A program made the position numbers and the translations under genes. 64,000 nt of DNA, from contig JAEOTO010000036.1 in NCBI GenBank assembly GCA_016839805.1, forward strand, positions 33,008 through 97,007, read 5' to 3'. The notes under the pieces were generated by a model. It worked only from the letters and a program-made list of their open reading frames with translations. It was not told the origin of the DNA and ran no database searches. The DNA is from Candidatus Hermodarchaeota archaeon. GTDB lineage: Archaea; Asgardarchaeota; Hermodarchaeia; Hermodarchaeales; Hermodarchaeaceae. Positions 39,170 through 47,579 of the stretch are shown in pieces. The stretch's first letter is position 1. Every line of letters begins with the position of its first letter.

Positions 39170-39907
39170 TTAGAGGGGCTTAAGAAATCTGATATTTCCA
39201 TCAGTTTGGATCGTAATAATGCCCTTTGATTGCAATGAATTAACCAAATCGTTTGCGGCTTCTATGGATATTTTACTCTCACTTCGAAGTTTATTCAAGG
39301 TTACTTCGGTTTTTTGAATCAATAACGCTAAGAAATTAACTTCCGGTACGTTACGAAGACCCTCATTAAGAAGATAATCGATAACCACATTTTCCTTGCG
39401 TAATTCTCGAAGCGAACGCTCCGCTTCATCGCGTTCATGACGCGAGGCAGCAATAGTTGTCTCGTTAGCTTCGCGAGTCTGCTTGATCCTCATCTCGACA
39501 CTTTGAACCTGGTTCATGATTTCTTGTAGCTCCATTCTACGCTGGGAGTTTTGTTCCTCGAGTTTCTCTAGCTGCTTTTGAATGCTAGAGAGCTCTTTTT
39601 CATTCGTTCGTACTTGTTGCTTCAATTTCTCAATCGATAATTGTAATCTATCCCTTTCCTTTTCTAATGCCAAGTTCATTTTCTCTGAATCTTTGATTTT
39701 GCGTTTCGTTTCAGCCAACACATCTTTTCGCTTTTCAATCTGAATACCAAAATCGTCTAATTCTTTTTCGACATAAACTAGTCTTTGATCAACATCCTTG
39801 GCGAATTGTAGGAGTTCGGTAAGTTGGTCAGTAGTAGATTGTCGATATGTATCGATATTATTTCGTGCCCGATCAATGAGTTCAGCAATTTTTAGTAATT
39901 CTTTCAT
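39170..39907 (-). CDS. coiled-coil protein with C-terminal winged-helix domain, type A copy 2 (uncharacterised)
   Basis: 245 aa. The C-terminus KENVVIDYLLNEGLRNVPEVNFLALLIQKTEVTLNKLRSESKISIEAANDLVNSLQSKGIITI aligns with type A copy 1. The start lies 11 nt after the upstream stop, with GAGGGG upstream. Confidence 0.75.
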   Translation of the reverse strand: MKELLKIAELIDRARNNIDTYRQSTTDQLTELLQFAKDVDQRLVYVEKELDDFGIQIEKRKDVLAETKRKIKDSEKMNLALEKERDRLQLSIEKLKQQVRTNEKELSSIQKQLEKLEEQNSQRRMELQEIMNQVQSVEMRIKQTREANETTIAASRHERDEAERSLRELRKENVVIDYLLNEGLRNVPEVNFLALLIQKTEVTLNKLRSESKISIEAANDLVNSLQSKGIITIQTDGNIRFLKPL

Positions 39908-39918
39908 CGGTGTCCCCT

Positions 39919-40671
39919 CTATGATTCGATCTTGATGGGTTTACGTATCTTAATCGTTCCACTTTCTGATTCTATCCGAAGTAAACCCCGTTCAGCAAGT
40001 TGTGCAGCTGCCTTTTCTACTCTATAGCGAGTTAGGTATGTTTCGTCTTGAAGTTCCTGGATTGAGCTTGAACGTTTACCCTGTAGTGCACTCACAATTT
40101 TTGCTTCGGGAGTTGAGAGCATTTCCTCGCGCAGGAGAAATTGTAAAGCCCAATATTTTGATGCCAATTCATCATGTTCCTCTCTGAGGAGATTAATTTC
40201 TTCGGCAAGGTGCTCCATGAGATCCTCTTGGTCTCCTTGAAGAGAGTTCAGTTCCTTGTCCCGCGCGTTACTTTCTGATCCTTTTTTCTGAAGACTTTCT
40301 TCTGTTGAACGTAAATTCGCATTAGCTCTTTTCAGCTTAGTTTTTACCTCAGATAACTTCAACTCAACAGATTTGAGGGTCTTCTCAGAAATTCTCAAGT
40401 CTTGTTGTTTCGTAGAAATGTTTGTTTGAAGAGAATCACGTACTTCTTGGAGTTTCAAAACTTCTCGTTCTATTTGGACTATCTTTTTCGATAGCGCCTT
40501 CTCCTCTGCCTGTTTCTCTATCCAACGCTTTTTGACTCTATCCGCAACATCTAAGAGTGTATCAAATTCCAGAACGATTCGATTAATCTTTTTTGAGGAA
40601 TCAGTACTCATCTTGGAGAGTTGGCTTCGATTTTTCTTCAATAATGTAATCAGTGACGTTATGGCAGTCAC
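39919..40671 (-). CDS. coiled-coil protein with C-terminal winged-helix domain, type B copy 2 (uncharacterised)
   Basis: The C-terminus ALQFLLREEMLSTPEAKIVSALQGKRSSSIQELQDETYLTRYRVEKAAAQLAERGLL aligns with type B copy 1. I chose the GTG at 40671 because it is preceded by GAGGTG + 6 nt and gives MTAITSLITLLKKN, matching MTGIPSLMGSLKKN of copy 1. The ORF track starts at 40680. Confidence 0.75.
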   Translation of the reverse strand: MTAITSLITLLKKNRSQLSKMSTDSSKKINRIVLEFDTLLDVADRVKKRWIEKQAEEKALSKKIVQIEREVLKLQEVRDSLQTNISTKQQDLRISEKTLKSVELKLSEVKTKLKRANANLRSTEESLQKKGSESNARDKELNSLQGDQEDLMEHLAEEINLLREEHDELASKYWALQFLLREEMLSTPEAKIVSALQGKRSSSIQELQDETYLTRYRVEKAAAQLAERGLLRIESESGTIKIRKPIKIES

Positions 40672-41003
40672 AATCCACACCTCAACTCATGCCGAATCTC
40701 ACTACTTTCTGAAACCGAACTTACTTCAAAAGCTATTTGGTCAAAGGTTATGCTAAAAACCCCGAGGGTCATATTCCGCAATCGCCTTTGTGACAACAGG
40801 GTTATATGCTCAATTACAAAAGAGATAGAGGAAGGTAGTAACAGTGAGTCCTCTAGACGATTCTCTCCAGTTATATCGCAACGGGAATGACAAATGTTCC
40901 AATCTTCCTAAGAGCTGATAATGTAGAAATCGAAATTGCGGAGTTCATCGAGAAATCATCTCTAAAATCGAATTAGAGTTATCGATAAGGTTCATTGAAA
41001 GAA

Positions 41004-41468
41004 TCAGTTAGCCAGAATTCCTTGGGTTTGTTCTAATCGCTCTGAAAATGTTCGAAGTTCACTTGTTAATTCCTTTTGTAAAGAATCAGCCAAAGATCCA
41101 GTTGACCGTTTACGCGAGGATGAACCTTGAGTTAGTTTCTTCACGTCCATAATGCGTTCAAGATATTTAGATACCGCCAAAAGATGCCCCAAGATATCCT
41201 TTGCATACAAATATGTCTGAAATGTTTTCGGATTCTCCAAGTCAATCTTTCCAATTTTACTGTCAAACTCTGAAACATGATCATCATAGATTTGATCGAA
41301 TTGCGTTTTCAAACGCGAAATTCCTTCAATGTTCATTGAATATATGGTCCCCAAGAGTTTACGAAGCCACGAAAGGGCTTCGGGTAAGTCCTCTGGTATA
41401 TCAGAATTAATCGTGCGTCGGCGAGGTTTTCGGCTCTTCTGTGGAGTCCTCCGACTACTCTTACTCAT
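41004..41468 (-). CDS. hypothetical helical protein with a strongly basic N-terminus
   Basis: 154 aa, starting MSKSSRRTPQKSRKPRRRT, then predicted helices. No known motif. A decayed copy of this gene lies 480 bp upstream. Confidence 0.55.
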   Translation of the reverse strand: MSKSSRRTPQKSRKPRRRTINSDIPEDLPEALSWLRKLLGTIYSMNIEGISRLKTQFDQIYDDHVSEFDSKIGKIDLENPKTFQTYLYAKDILGHLLAVSKYLERIMDVKKLTQGSSSRKRSTGSLADSLQKELTSELRTFSERLEQTQGILAN

Positions 41469-41604
41469 AGCATTGCACCCGCAATCTATAGCCCAGTTCC
41501 TATTCGAAACTCCCGAAAAGGAACTAGATAATCATTTACAATGGCGAGTTATAATCATTCCGTAGCTAGGATTTCCGTATTTAAGTCGTCAACGATATTA
41601 ATTG

Positions 41605-41900
41605 CCTATTTGCATTGTATCTTAATTTCTGCAAGGCATTCAAGATATTTACAGACCGCTAACATGTGACCTAGTATGACTTTAGCATCTGACGGGTCTT
41701 CAACTTCATCAGACTTTTTCGAAATCTGTCATAGGGAGTTTCCGATTAAATTCAACTACGTGATCATCATAGATTTGATCGAACTGATCCATTATTCGCA
41801 CAATACCTTCTCAGTTCATCGAATAACTATTGGTAAAACTTCTCGTAAGAAGCATCTTTTATCAATGCAACTTCATAAACTGAGAGCCCTTCTAGTTTCA
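41605..41900 (-). pseudogene. decayed duplicate of the 41004-41468 gene (in-frame TGA plus a frameshift)
   Basis: There is a 22-nt identical block gatcatcatagatttgatcgaa at 41279-41300 and 41761-41782. The minus-strand translation reads ..SYSMN*EGIVRIMDQFDQIYDDHVVEF.. and then, in another frame, ..KVILGHMLAVCKYLE.., compared with the intact SMNIEGISRLKTQFDQIYDDHVSEF...DILGHLLAVSKYLE. Confidence 0.7.
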
Positions 41901-41987
41901 AATTAATATCTCACACATAACAAACTGTAAAAGTAACCTCGAAACCCTATAGGATGACTCTCTATCTGTCATGGGAGCTAGAAAGTA

Positions 41988-42752
41988 ATGCCAATAGTCG
42001 AACTTGAAAAAGAGAATCAGGTTGCGTTAGTTACAATAAACAATCCCCCCGCAAACACTTTGACTCCGAAAGTCTTTCAAACACTTGAAGAAGTATTTTC
42101 AAAACTTGATCAGGATGATACCAAGGTTGTAATCCTCACTGGAGCAGGTGATAAGTTCTTTGTTGGCGGTGCAGACATCAAACAGTTTGAGGGACAGGAG
42201 GCTGACAGGGCTGACCAGTTGACTAGAACTGGTCAGAATTTTACACTATCATTGGAAAGAATTTCAAAGCCAATTATTGTCGCTGTCAATGGATTTTGCC
42301 TTGGTGGCGGCATGGAAATTGCCATGGCCTGTGATTTTGTCATTGCTTCAGAAACAGCAAAATTCGGGCAACCCGAAATCAAGCTGGGTGTCATTCCCGG
42401 GTGGGGTGGCACTCAACGGATACAACGTTGGATGAATCCCCAACTGGCCCGTGAACTCATTTTCACCGGTGAAATTTTACCCGCTTCTAAAATGGGGGAG
42501 TTTGTGTACAAAATCGTCCCACCTGATCAGTTATTACCCACAGCAAGGGATTTCGCAGAACGCATTGCAAAGCGTGGTCTTGTAGCATTAAAATACGCTA
42601 AACGAGCTCTCAAGGAAGCCACTCAGCGAACCCTTGAAGAAGGATTGTTTATCGAAGCTCAATATATGAGAAAACTCCTCGAAACTGAAGACGCCCGAGA
42701 AGGCGTAAGAGCTTTCTTAGAAAAGCGTGAACCAAAAGTTGTGGATAAATAG
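41988..42752 (+). CDS. enoyl-CoA hydratase (crotonase family)
   Basis: VALVTINNPPANTL, VILTGAGDKFFVGGADI, AVNGFCLGGGMEIAMACD, QPEIKLGVIPGWGGTQR. Confidence 0.9.
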   Translation: MPIVELEKENQVALVTINNPPANTLTPKVFQTLEEVFSKLDQDDTKVVILTGAGDKFFVGGADIKQFEGQEADRADQLTRTGQNFTLSLERISKPIIVAVNGFCLGGGMEIAMACDFVIASETAKFGQPEIKLGVIPGWGGTQRIQRWMNPQLARELIFTGEILPASKMGEFVYKIVPPDQLLPTARDFAERIAKRGLVALKYAKRALKEATQRTLEEGLFIEAQYMRKLLETEDAREGVRAFLEKREPKVVDK

Positions 42753-43815
42753 GAGGCAAGAGAATCTGTCAGACACACTGAAATTTGGAGTTGTGAGTAC
42801 CCCTTCAGCTTGGAACCGAATCCTAGACACAGCAACGTATATCGAAAAAATGGGATTCGATTCATTCTGGATGCCAGATCACACCGTTGGATTTGGCATT
42901 CGAAGATGGGATGCATTAGAAGCTTGGTCTGCACTCTCAGCTGTAGCCACTCAAACAAAGAATGTACAACTAGGCACTTGTGTTGGTGATACCTATCGTC
43001 ACCATCCAGCAGCTTTAGCACAGATGGTGACTACTTGTGATCACATCTCTAATGGGCGAGCAATTGTTGGTGTCGGTCTTGGTGAGGCGATGAATCTCTT
43101 TCCATTTGGAATTAATCTCAAGAAACCTCTTGGGCGAACGCGTGAAGCCGTGAAAGTCATGCGGATGCTGTGGACAGAAGAGATTTCCAATTATGATGGC
43201 AAGTACTACAAATTAGAAAACGCGTTTCTCCACCCACGACCAATTCAAGAACCAAACCCCCCTGTATGGATAGCCGCTAATTCGCCCAAAACCATGAAGA
43301 TGGCTGGAGAATTGGGTGATGGGTGGGTTCCGGCAAGTATGTTTCCTGATGAATATGCAGAGAAATTACAGATTGTACGAGATCATGCAAAGAAGGCTGG
43401 ACGTGATCCTTATGCAATTGAACCCGCAGCCTTTGTGTTTACAGTTGTAGCGGATGAATACGAAACAGCTCGAAAAAGTGTCGGACTTGGGGCGAAAATC
43501 TATTTCCTAACTCGTCCGCGTATTCTTCGTCGACTAGGGTATGATGATGTTACTGATGAGTTTGATATGACTTGGCATTTGGTGATGAACTCAGAGATTA
43601 CGGAAAAATTACTTGCGATGGCGAAAGAGATTCCTGATGATGTACTTGACAAGGCTCCGGTTTTCTTTGGGACACCAGATGATGTTATCAAAGGTATCAA
43701 AGATTATCAGAAAGCGGGTGTCCGACATATGGTTGTCAACTTCTTTGTTCCCCCTAAGATGCTAAAGGACACCTTGAAGCTCTTTGCCAACGAAGTTATC
43801 CCAGAATTTCGTTAG
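42727..43815 (+). CDS. LLM-class flavin/F420-dependent oxidoreductase
   Basis: LKFGVV...GFDSFWMPDH...GRAIVGVGLGE...PPVWIAANSPKTMKMAGELGDGW. The start is uncertain. The GTG at 42727 overlaps the upstream gene by 26 nt, and AGGAGG sits at 42752-42757. Confidence 0.75.
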   Translation: MNQKLWINRRQENLSDTLKFGVVSTPSAWNRILDTATYIEKMGFDSFWMPDHTVGFGIRRWDALEAWSALSAVATQTKNVQLGTCVGDTYRHHPAALAQMVTTCDHISNGRAIVGVGLGEAMNLFPFGINLKKPLGRTREAVKVMRMLWTEEISNYDGKYYKLENAFLHPRPIQEPNPPVWIAANSPKTMKMAGELGDGWVPASMFPDEYAEKLQIVRDHAKKAGRDPYAIEPAAFVFTVVADEYETARKSVGLGAKIYFLTRPRILRRLGYDDVTDEFDMTWHLVMNSEITEKLLAMAKEIPDDVLDKAPVFFGTPDDVIKGIKDYQKAGVRHMVVNFFVPPKMLKDTLKLFANEVIPEFR

Positions 43816-43820
43816 CTCCT

Positions 43821-44243
43821 TTAGGGCATCTGAAACTCGTATATCACTCGTTCTTCGTCAATTTTACAGGGCACTAGTTGTATAGCCATTCCTATTTTCA
43901 TCTGTTCTAATAGTACATCCTTGGAAAATCGGGCAAAAACATGTTGTCCACTGTTCAACTGTCCAAGTGCTAGGATATAGGGAACGTCTTCTTGGAATCC
44001 GGTTGGGGCAAAGTTGACTTGGGTGTAGGTAACAAGTTTGCCCTCACCCTTGATTTCAACCCATTCAATTTCCTCTCCAAGGCATGATGTGCAATCTCCA
44101 CGTGGTGGGAAATAGACTTTCCCGCATTTTTTGCACTTTGTACCCATTAGCCGATTGTTTATCAGGTACTCGGTAAATTCACCAATTTTTGCCTGCGAAA
44201 CATAACTGACAAAACCAAACTGTTCAAACCCCATTCTTCTCAC
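43821..44243 (-). CDS. Zn-ribbon OB-fold protein (DUF35), thiolase partner
   Basis: GTKCKKCGKVYFPPRGDCTSC followed by an OB-fold-like segment. It lies immediately downstream of a thiolase. Confidence 0.8.
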   Translation of the reverse strand: MRRMGFEQFGFVSYVSQAKIGEFTEYLINNRLMGTKCKKCGKVYFPPRGDCTSCLGEEIEWVEIKGEGKLVTYTQVNFAPTGFQEDVPYILALGQLNSGQHVFARFSKDVLLEQMKIGMAIQLVPCKIDEERVIYEFQMP

Positions 44244-44257
44244 CTCAAACCTCGAAA

Positions 44258-45418
44258 CTACGCCTCCAGAATAGTCACATTCGTATACATCCCAATTCCA
44301 CCAACATTGTGACCCAGAGCAACTTTTGCCCCATCAACTTGCACTTTCCCACCTTCACCACGAAGTTGATGCACCAGGGTTCGAATCTGTGAACCGCCTG
44401 TTGCACCTACAGGATGACCCTTTGATAAGAGTCCCCCATCAATGTTCACAGGTATGCGTCCGCCAAGATGCGTTTCCTCATCACGAATCATTTTGGGGCT
44501 GTCTTCACGTTTACAGAATCCAAGATCTCCATAGGCAATGAGTTCTGCAATTGTAAAACAGTCATGAACTTCCGCAACATCGATATCTTCGGGCATAACC
44601 CCCGCCATGGTGTAGGCTTGGCGTGCTGCTTCGAGTGCACTTTCAAAGCCAGTGAAAGGAGGGTTACGGCTGGCAAGGGACATTGGTGTCGAGCCAAGAC
44701 CTAACCCTTTGATCCATACAGGTTGTTCTGCGAACTTTTTCGCTTTCGATTCATTTGCTACAATCAGGCAAGACGCACCATCAGCGTTTGCACAGCAGTC
44801 AAGACTCTTTAAGGGGCTGGCGATAACGCGGGTTGACAGCACTTTCTCTAAGGTGAATTCTTTCTGAAACATCGCTTTTGGATTAAATTGGCTGTAATAA
44901 TGATTTTTAACAGAGACCTTCGCGAGATCCTCCTCAGTTGTACCGTATGCATCCATGTGAGCTCGTGCAAACATGGCATAATATGCAGGCATGCTAGTGC
45001 CAAAAGGTGATTCAAACATTACATCACCTGCTCGACCCATGACTTCTTGAATCGCATCTGAAGTCATATCCGTCATTTTCTGATAACCAATCACGGCGAC
45101 AACATCATGAAGGCCAGATTTCACAAAAGACCAAGCAGTCCGTAAAGCAACTGTACTCGATGCACAAGCCGCCTCAGTCAGAAAAGTCGGTTGGGGATTC
45201 AATTCTAAGTACTCTGCAATCACAGCCGCAGGTGACCTCTGTTTATCATAGCCAGCTGCAGTTGCTACCAATGAAGCATCAATATCCTTCCTACCTAAAT
45301 TCTTGGTGTCCTCAATGGCTTCGTGAAATGCTTCAAACGTTAAATCACGGATTGACGAGTTTGGACGTTTTCCAAAACTACTTTGACCAACGCCAATAAT
45401 GGCAACACGGGCTGTCAC
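44258..45418 (-). CDS. thiolase (archaeal SCP-x/acetyl-CoA C-acyltransferase type)
   Basis: VAIIGVGQSSFGK, the active-site context AACASSTVALR, and the C-terminal GHPVGATGGSQI...GHNVGGIG. Confidence 0.85.
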   Translation of the reverse strand: MTARVAIIGVGQSSFGKRPNSSIRDLTFEAFHEAIEDTKNLGRKDIDASLVATAAGYDKQRSPAAVIAEYLELNPQPTFLTEAACASSTVALRTAWSFVKSGLHDVVAVIGYQKMTDMTSDAIQEVMGRAGDVMFESPFGTSMPAYYAMFARAHMDAYGTTEEDLAKVSVKNHYYSQFNPKAMFQKEFTLEKVLSTRVIASPLKSLDCCANADGASCLIVANESKAKKFAEQPVWIKGLGLGSTPMSLASRNPPFTGFESALEAARQAYTMAGVMPEDIDVAEVHDCFTIAELIAYGDLGFCKREDSPKMIRDEETHLGGRIPVNIDGGLLSKGHPVGATGGSQIRTLVHQLRGEGGKVQVDGAKVALGHNVGGIGMYTNVTILEA

Positions 45419-45462
45419 AATCTACCACCTTTTCCTCAAATACAGATGTTGACTGTAAAAAA

Positions 45463-45509
45463 TGTTTCATTGTTTCAGACACATAAGAACAAAGAATTAT
45501 GAACAAAGA
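45463..45509. promoter_or_regulatory. short direct repeats in a divergent promoter region; candidate operator sites
   Basis: TGTTTCA-T-TGTTTCA (45463-45477), and GAACAAAGA at 45487-45495 and 45501-45509. The 12-mer AATTATGAACAA (45495-45506) recurs at 49170-49181, upstream of the next + strand operon. Confidence 0.3.
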
Positions 45510-45552
45510 CCGACCGATAACACTATACAATATTCCTTAGGAGTGTCGCAGT

Positions 45553-47487
45553 ATGAGTGAAATTGTTTGGCGTTCTACTGGTGATTATCAAACCAACAGT
45601 AATATTCGCCGATTCATGAATAAACATGATATCAAAACATACAATGAACTAATTCATCGAAGCACAGAAGACATTGAGTGGTTTTGGGATGCTGCACTCA
45701 AGGATCTTGGTATTGAATGGTATCAACCCTATTCAAAGGTGTTAGACGACTCAAAAGGAATTGAATGGGCCAAGTGGTTTGTTGGGGGCAAAATCAACAT
45801 TGTGCACAACATACTTGACCGTCATGTGCAATCAGCACGCGTGGAAAAAACGGCTCTCATTTGGGTGAGTGAAACTGGTGAGAAACGAATCCTTTCTTAT
45901 CAGCAACTCAATGAAGGCGTTTGTAAACTCGCAAATGCCTTACAAACACTCGGTGTTGAGAAAGGCGATCCCTGCGCAATCTATATGCCAATGGTCCCGG
46001 AAACCGTCATGGCCTTATTAGCGAGTTACAAAATTGGAGCAATAGGTGTCCCAATCTTTTCCGGGTTTAGTCCCGATGCTGTGAAAATGCGTATCCAGGA
46101 TGTCGGAGCAAAAATTCTCTTCACTGCGGATGGCTCAACTCGACGGGGAAAACAAATTCCGATCAAGCAAAATGCTGATTCAAGTATTGATGGAGTCGAA
46201 TCAATCAACCATTTGATTGTGTTTAAACGGCTAGGTATCAACATTCCTTGGAATAAAGATGTAGATTTGTGGTGGCACGATGCCGTTGACAACATGGAAC
46301 CTTCTGCTCCTACGGTACAAATGGATTCAGAAGACCCTGCTATGGTATTATACAGCTCGGGCACAACTGGGAAGCCGAAAGGTACAGTCCATTCTCATGC
46401 TGGGGCTTTGGTACAGGCAGCAAAAGAAGTCGCGTATTATTGTGATATCAAAGAAACTGACACTCTGTTCTGGCTAAGTGACCTCGGTTGGATGATGGGT
46501 CCTTGGCAAATCGTTGGAGCACAACATCAAGGTGCTGCTCATCTCATTTACGAAGGTGCCATTGATTATCCTGAACCTGATCAGTTATGGAAAACCATCC
46601 ATGACCATGAAGTGACAGCATTTGGCATCTCACCTACAGCCATACGATATCTCATTCGGTTAGGTGATGATTGGGTTAAAAAACATGACCTACGTTCTCT
46701 ACGCATTTTGGGTTCTACTGGTGAACCATGGGATGATACAAGTTGGCTTTGGTATTTCAAAACGGTTGGAAAAGGCAAACTCCCAATTATCAACTTGTCT
46801 GGAGGAACTGAAATTTTTGGTTGTTTCTTGAGTCCCATGCCCATTAATGATTTAAAGCCCCGAACACTTCGTGGTCCGGGGTTGGGGATGGATATTGATT
46901 GTGTTGATGATGCTGGGAAAAGTGTTAGAGGAGATATTGGCACCTTAATTTGCCGGAAGCCAGCTCCTTCGATGACGAGAGGATTCTGGAATGCCCCGGA
47001 GCGTTATATCGAAACATATTGGTCAACATTTCCTGGTATCTGGTGGCATGGTGATCTTGCTCAAGTTGACGAGGATGGATTCTGGTTTCTGTTGGGGCGA
47101 GCTGATGATGTCATCAAGGTGTCAAGCCAGCGAGTTGGTCCATCCGAAATCGAAACTGCTTTAATCAGCCATATTGCTGTTTCTGAGGTTGCTGCGATTG
47201 GGGTTCCTCATGAAATTAAAGGGGCGGGAATTGTTGCTTATGTTGTTCTCAAATCCGGATGTGAAATCAGTGATGAACTCCGTGAAGAGTTGAGGCAATA
47301 TGTTGGAAAAACTATGGGCAAACCTTTTCTCCCTGAAGAAGTTCGATTTGTTTCCGCTCTACCTAAAACCCGATCCGGTAAAATTGTCCGAAGATTGATC
47401 AAACGAGTTTATCTTGGACAAGAGGTCGGTGACTTATCTTCAGTAGAAAATCCTGAAGCCTTTGGTTCGATCCGTGATTCAAAATAG
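45553..47487 (+). CDS. AMP-forming acetyl/acyl-CoA synthetase (ACS family)
   Basis: 644 aa. It has the N-terminal FW...WF.GGKINIVHNILDRH, the AMP motif YSSGTTGKPKG, and a C-terminal PKTRSGKIVRR. Confidence 0.85.
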   Translation: MSEIVWRSTGDYQTNSNIRRFMNKHDIKTYNELIHRSTEDIEWFWDAALKDLGIEWYQPYSKVLDDSKGIEWAKWFVGGKINIVHNILDRHVQSARVEKTALIWVSETGEKRILSYQQLNEGVCKLANALQTLGVEKGDPCAIYMPMVPETVMALLASYKIGAIGVPIFSGFSPDAVKMRIQDVGAKILFTADGSTRRGKQIPIKQNADSSIDGVESINHLIVFKRLGINIPWNKDVDLWWHDAVDNMEPSAPTVQMDSEDPAMVLYSSGTTGKPKGTVHSHAGALVQAAKEVAYYCDIKETDTLFWLSDLGWMMGPWQIVGAQHQGAAHLIYEGAIDYPEPDQLWKTIHDHEVTAFGISPTAIRYLIRLGDDWVKKHDLRSLRILGSTGEPWDDTSWLWYFKTVGKGKLPIINLSGGTEIFGCFLSPMPINDLKPRTLRGPGLGMDIDCVDDAGKSVRGDIGTLICRKPAPSMTRGFWNAPERYIETYWSTFPGIWWHGDLAQVDEDGFWFLLGRADDVIKVSSQRVGPSEIETALISHIAVSEVAAIGVPHEIKGAGIVAYVVLKSGCEISDELREELRQYVGKTMGKPFLPEEVRFVSALPKTRSGKIVRRLIKRVYLGQEVGDLSSVENPEAFGSIRDSK

Positions 47488-47579
47488 GTTTCCAATGAAA
47501 TAACCTGTTGAATGCACTTAAAAGAGTGCACGGTGCAAAGATGGAGAGTTGCTCCTTCCTATTTGAATGGTGGAATCAA

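Noticed and set aside
44377-44387. tRNA T-loop-like motif GGGTTCGAATC
   Set aside because: It lies inside the well-supported thiolase coding sequence. There is no matching acceptor stem, D-arm or anticodon arm in the flanking ~70 nt on either strand.
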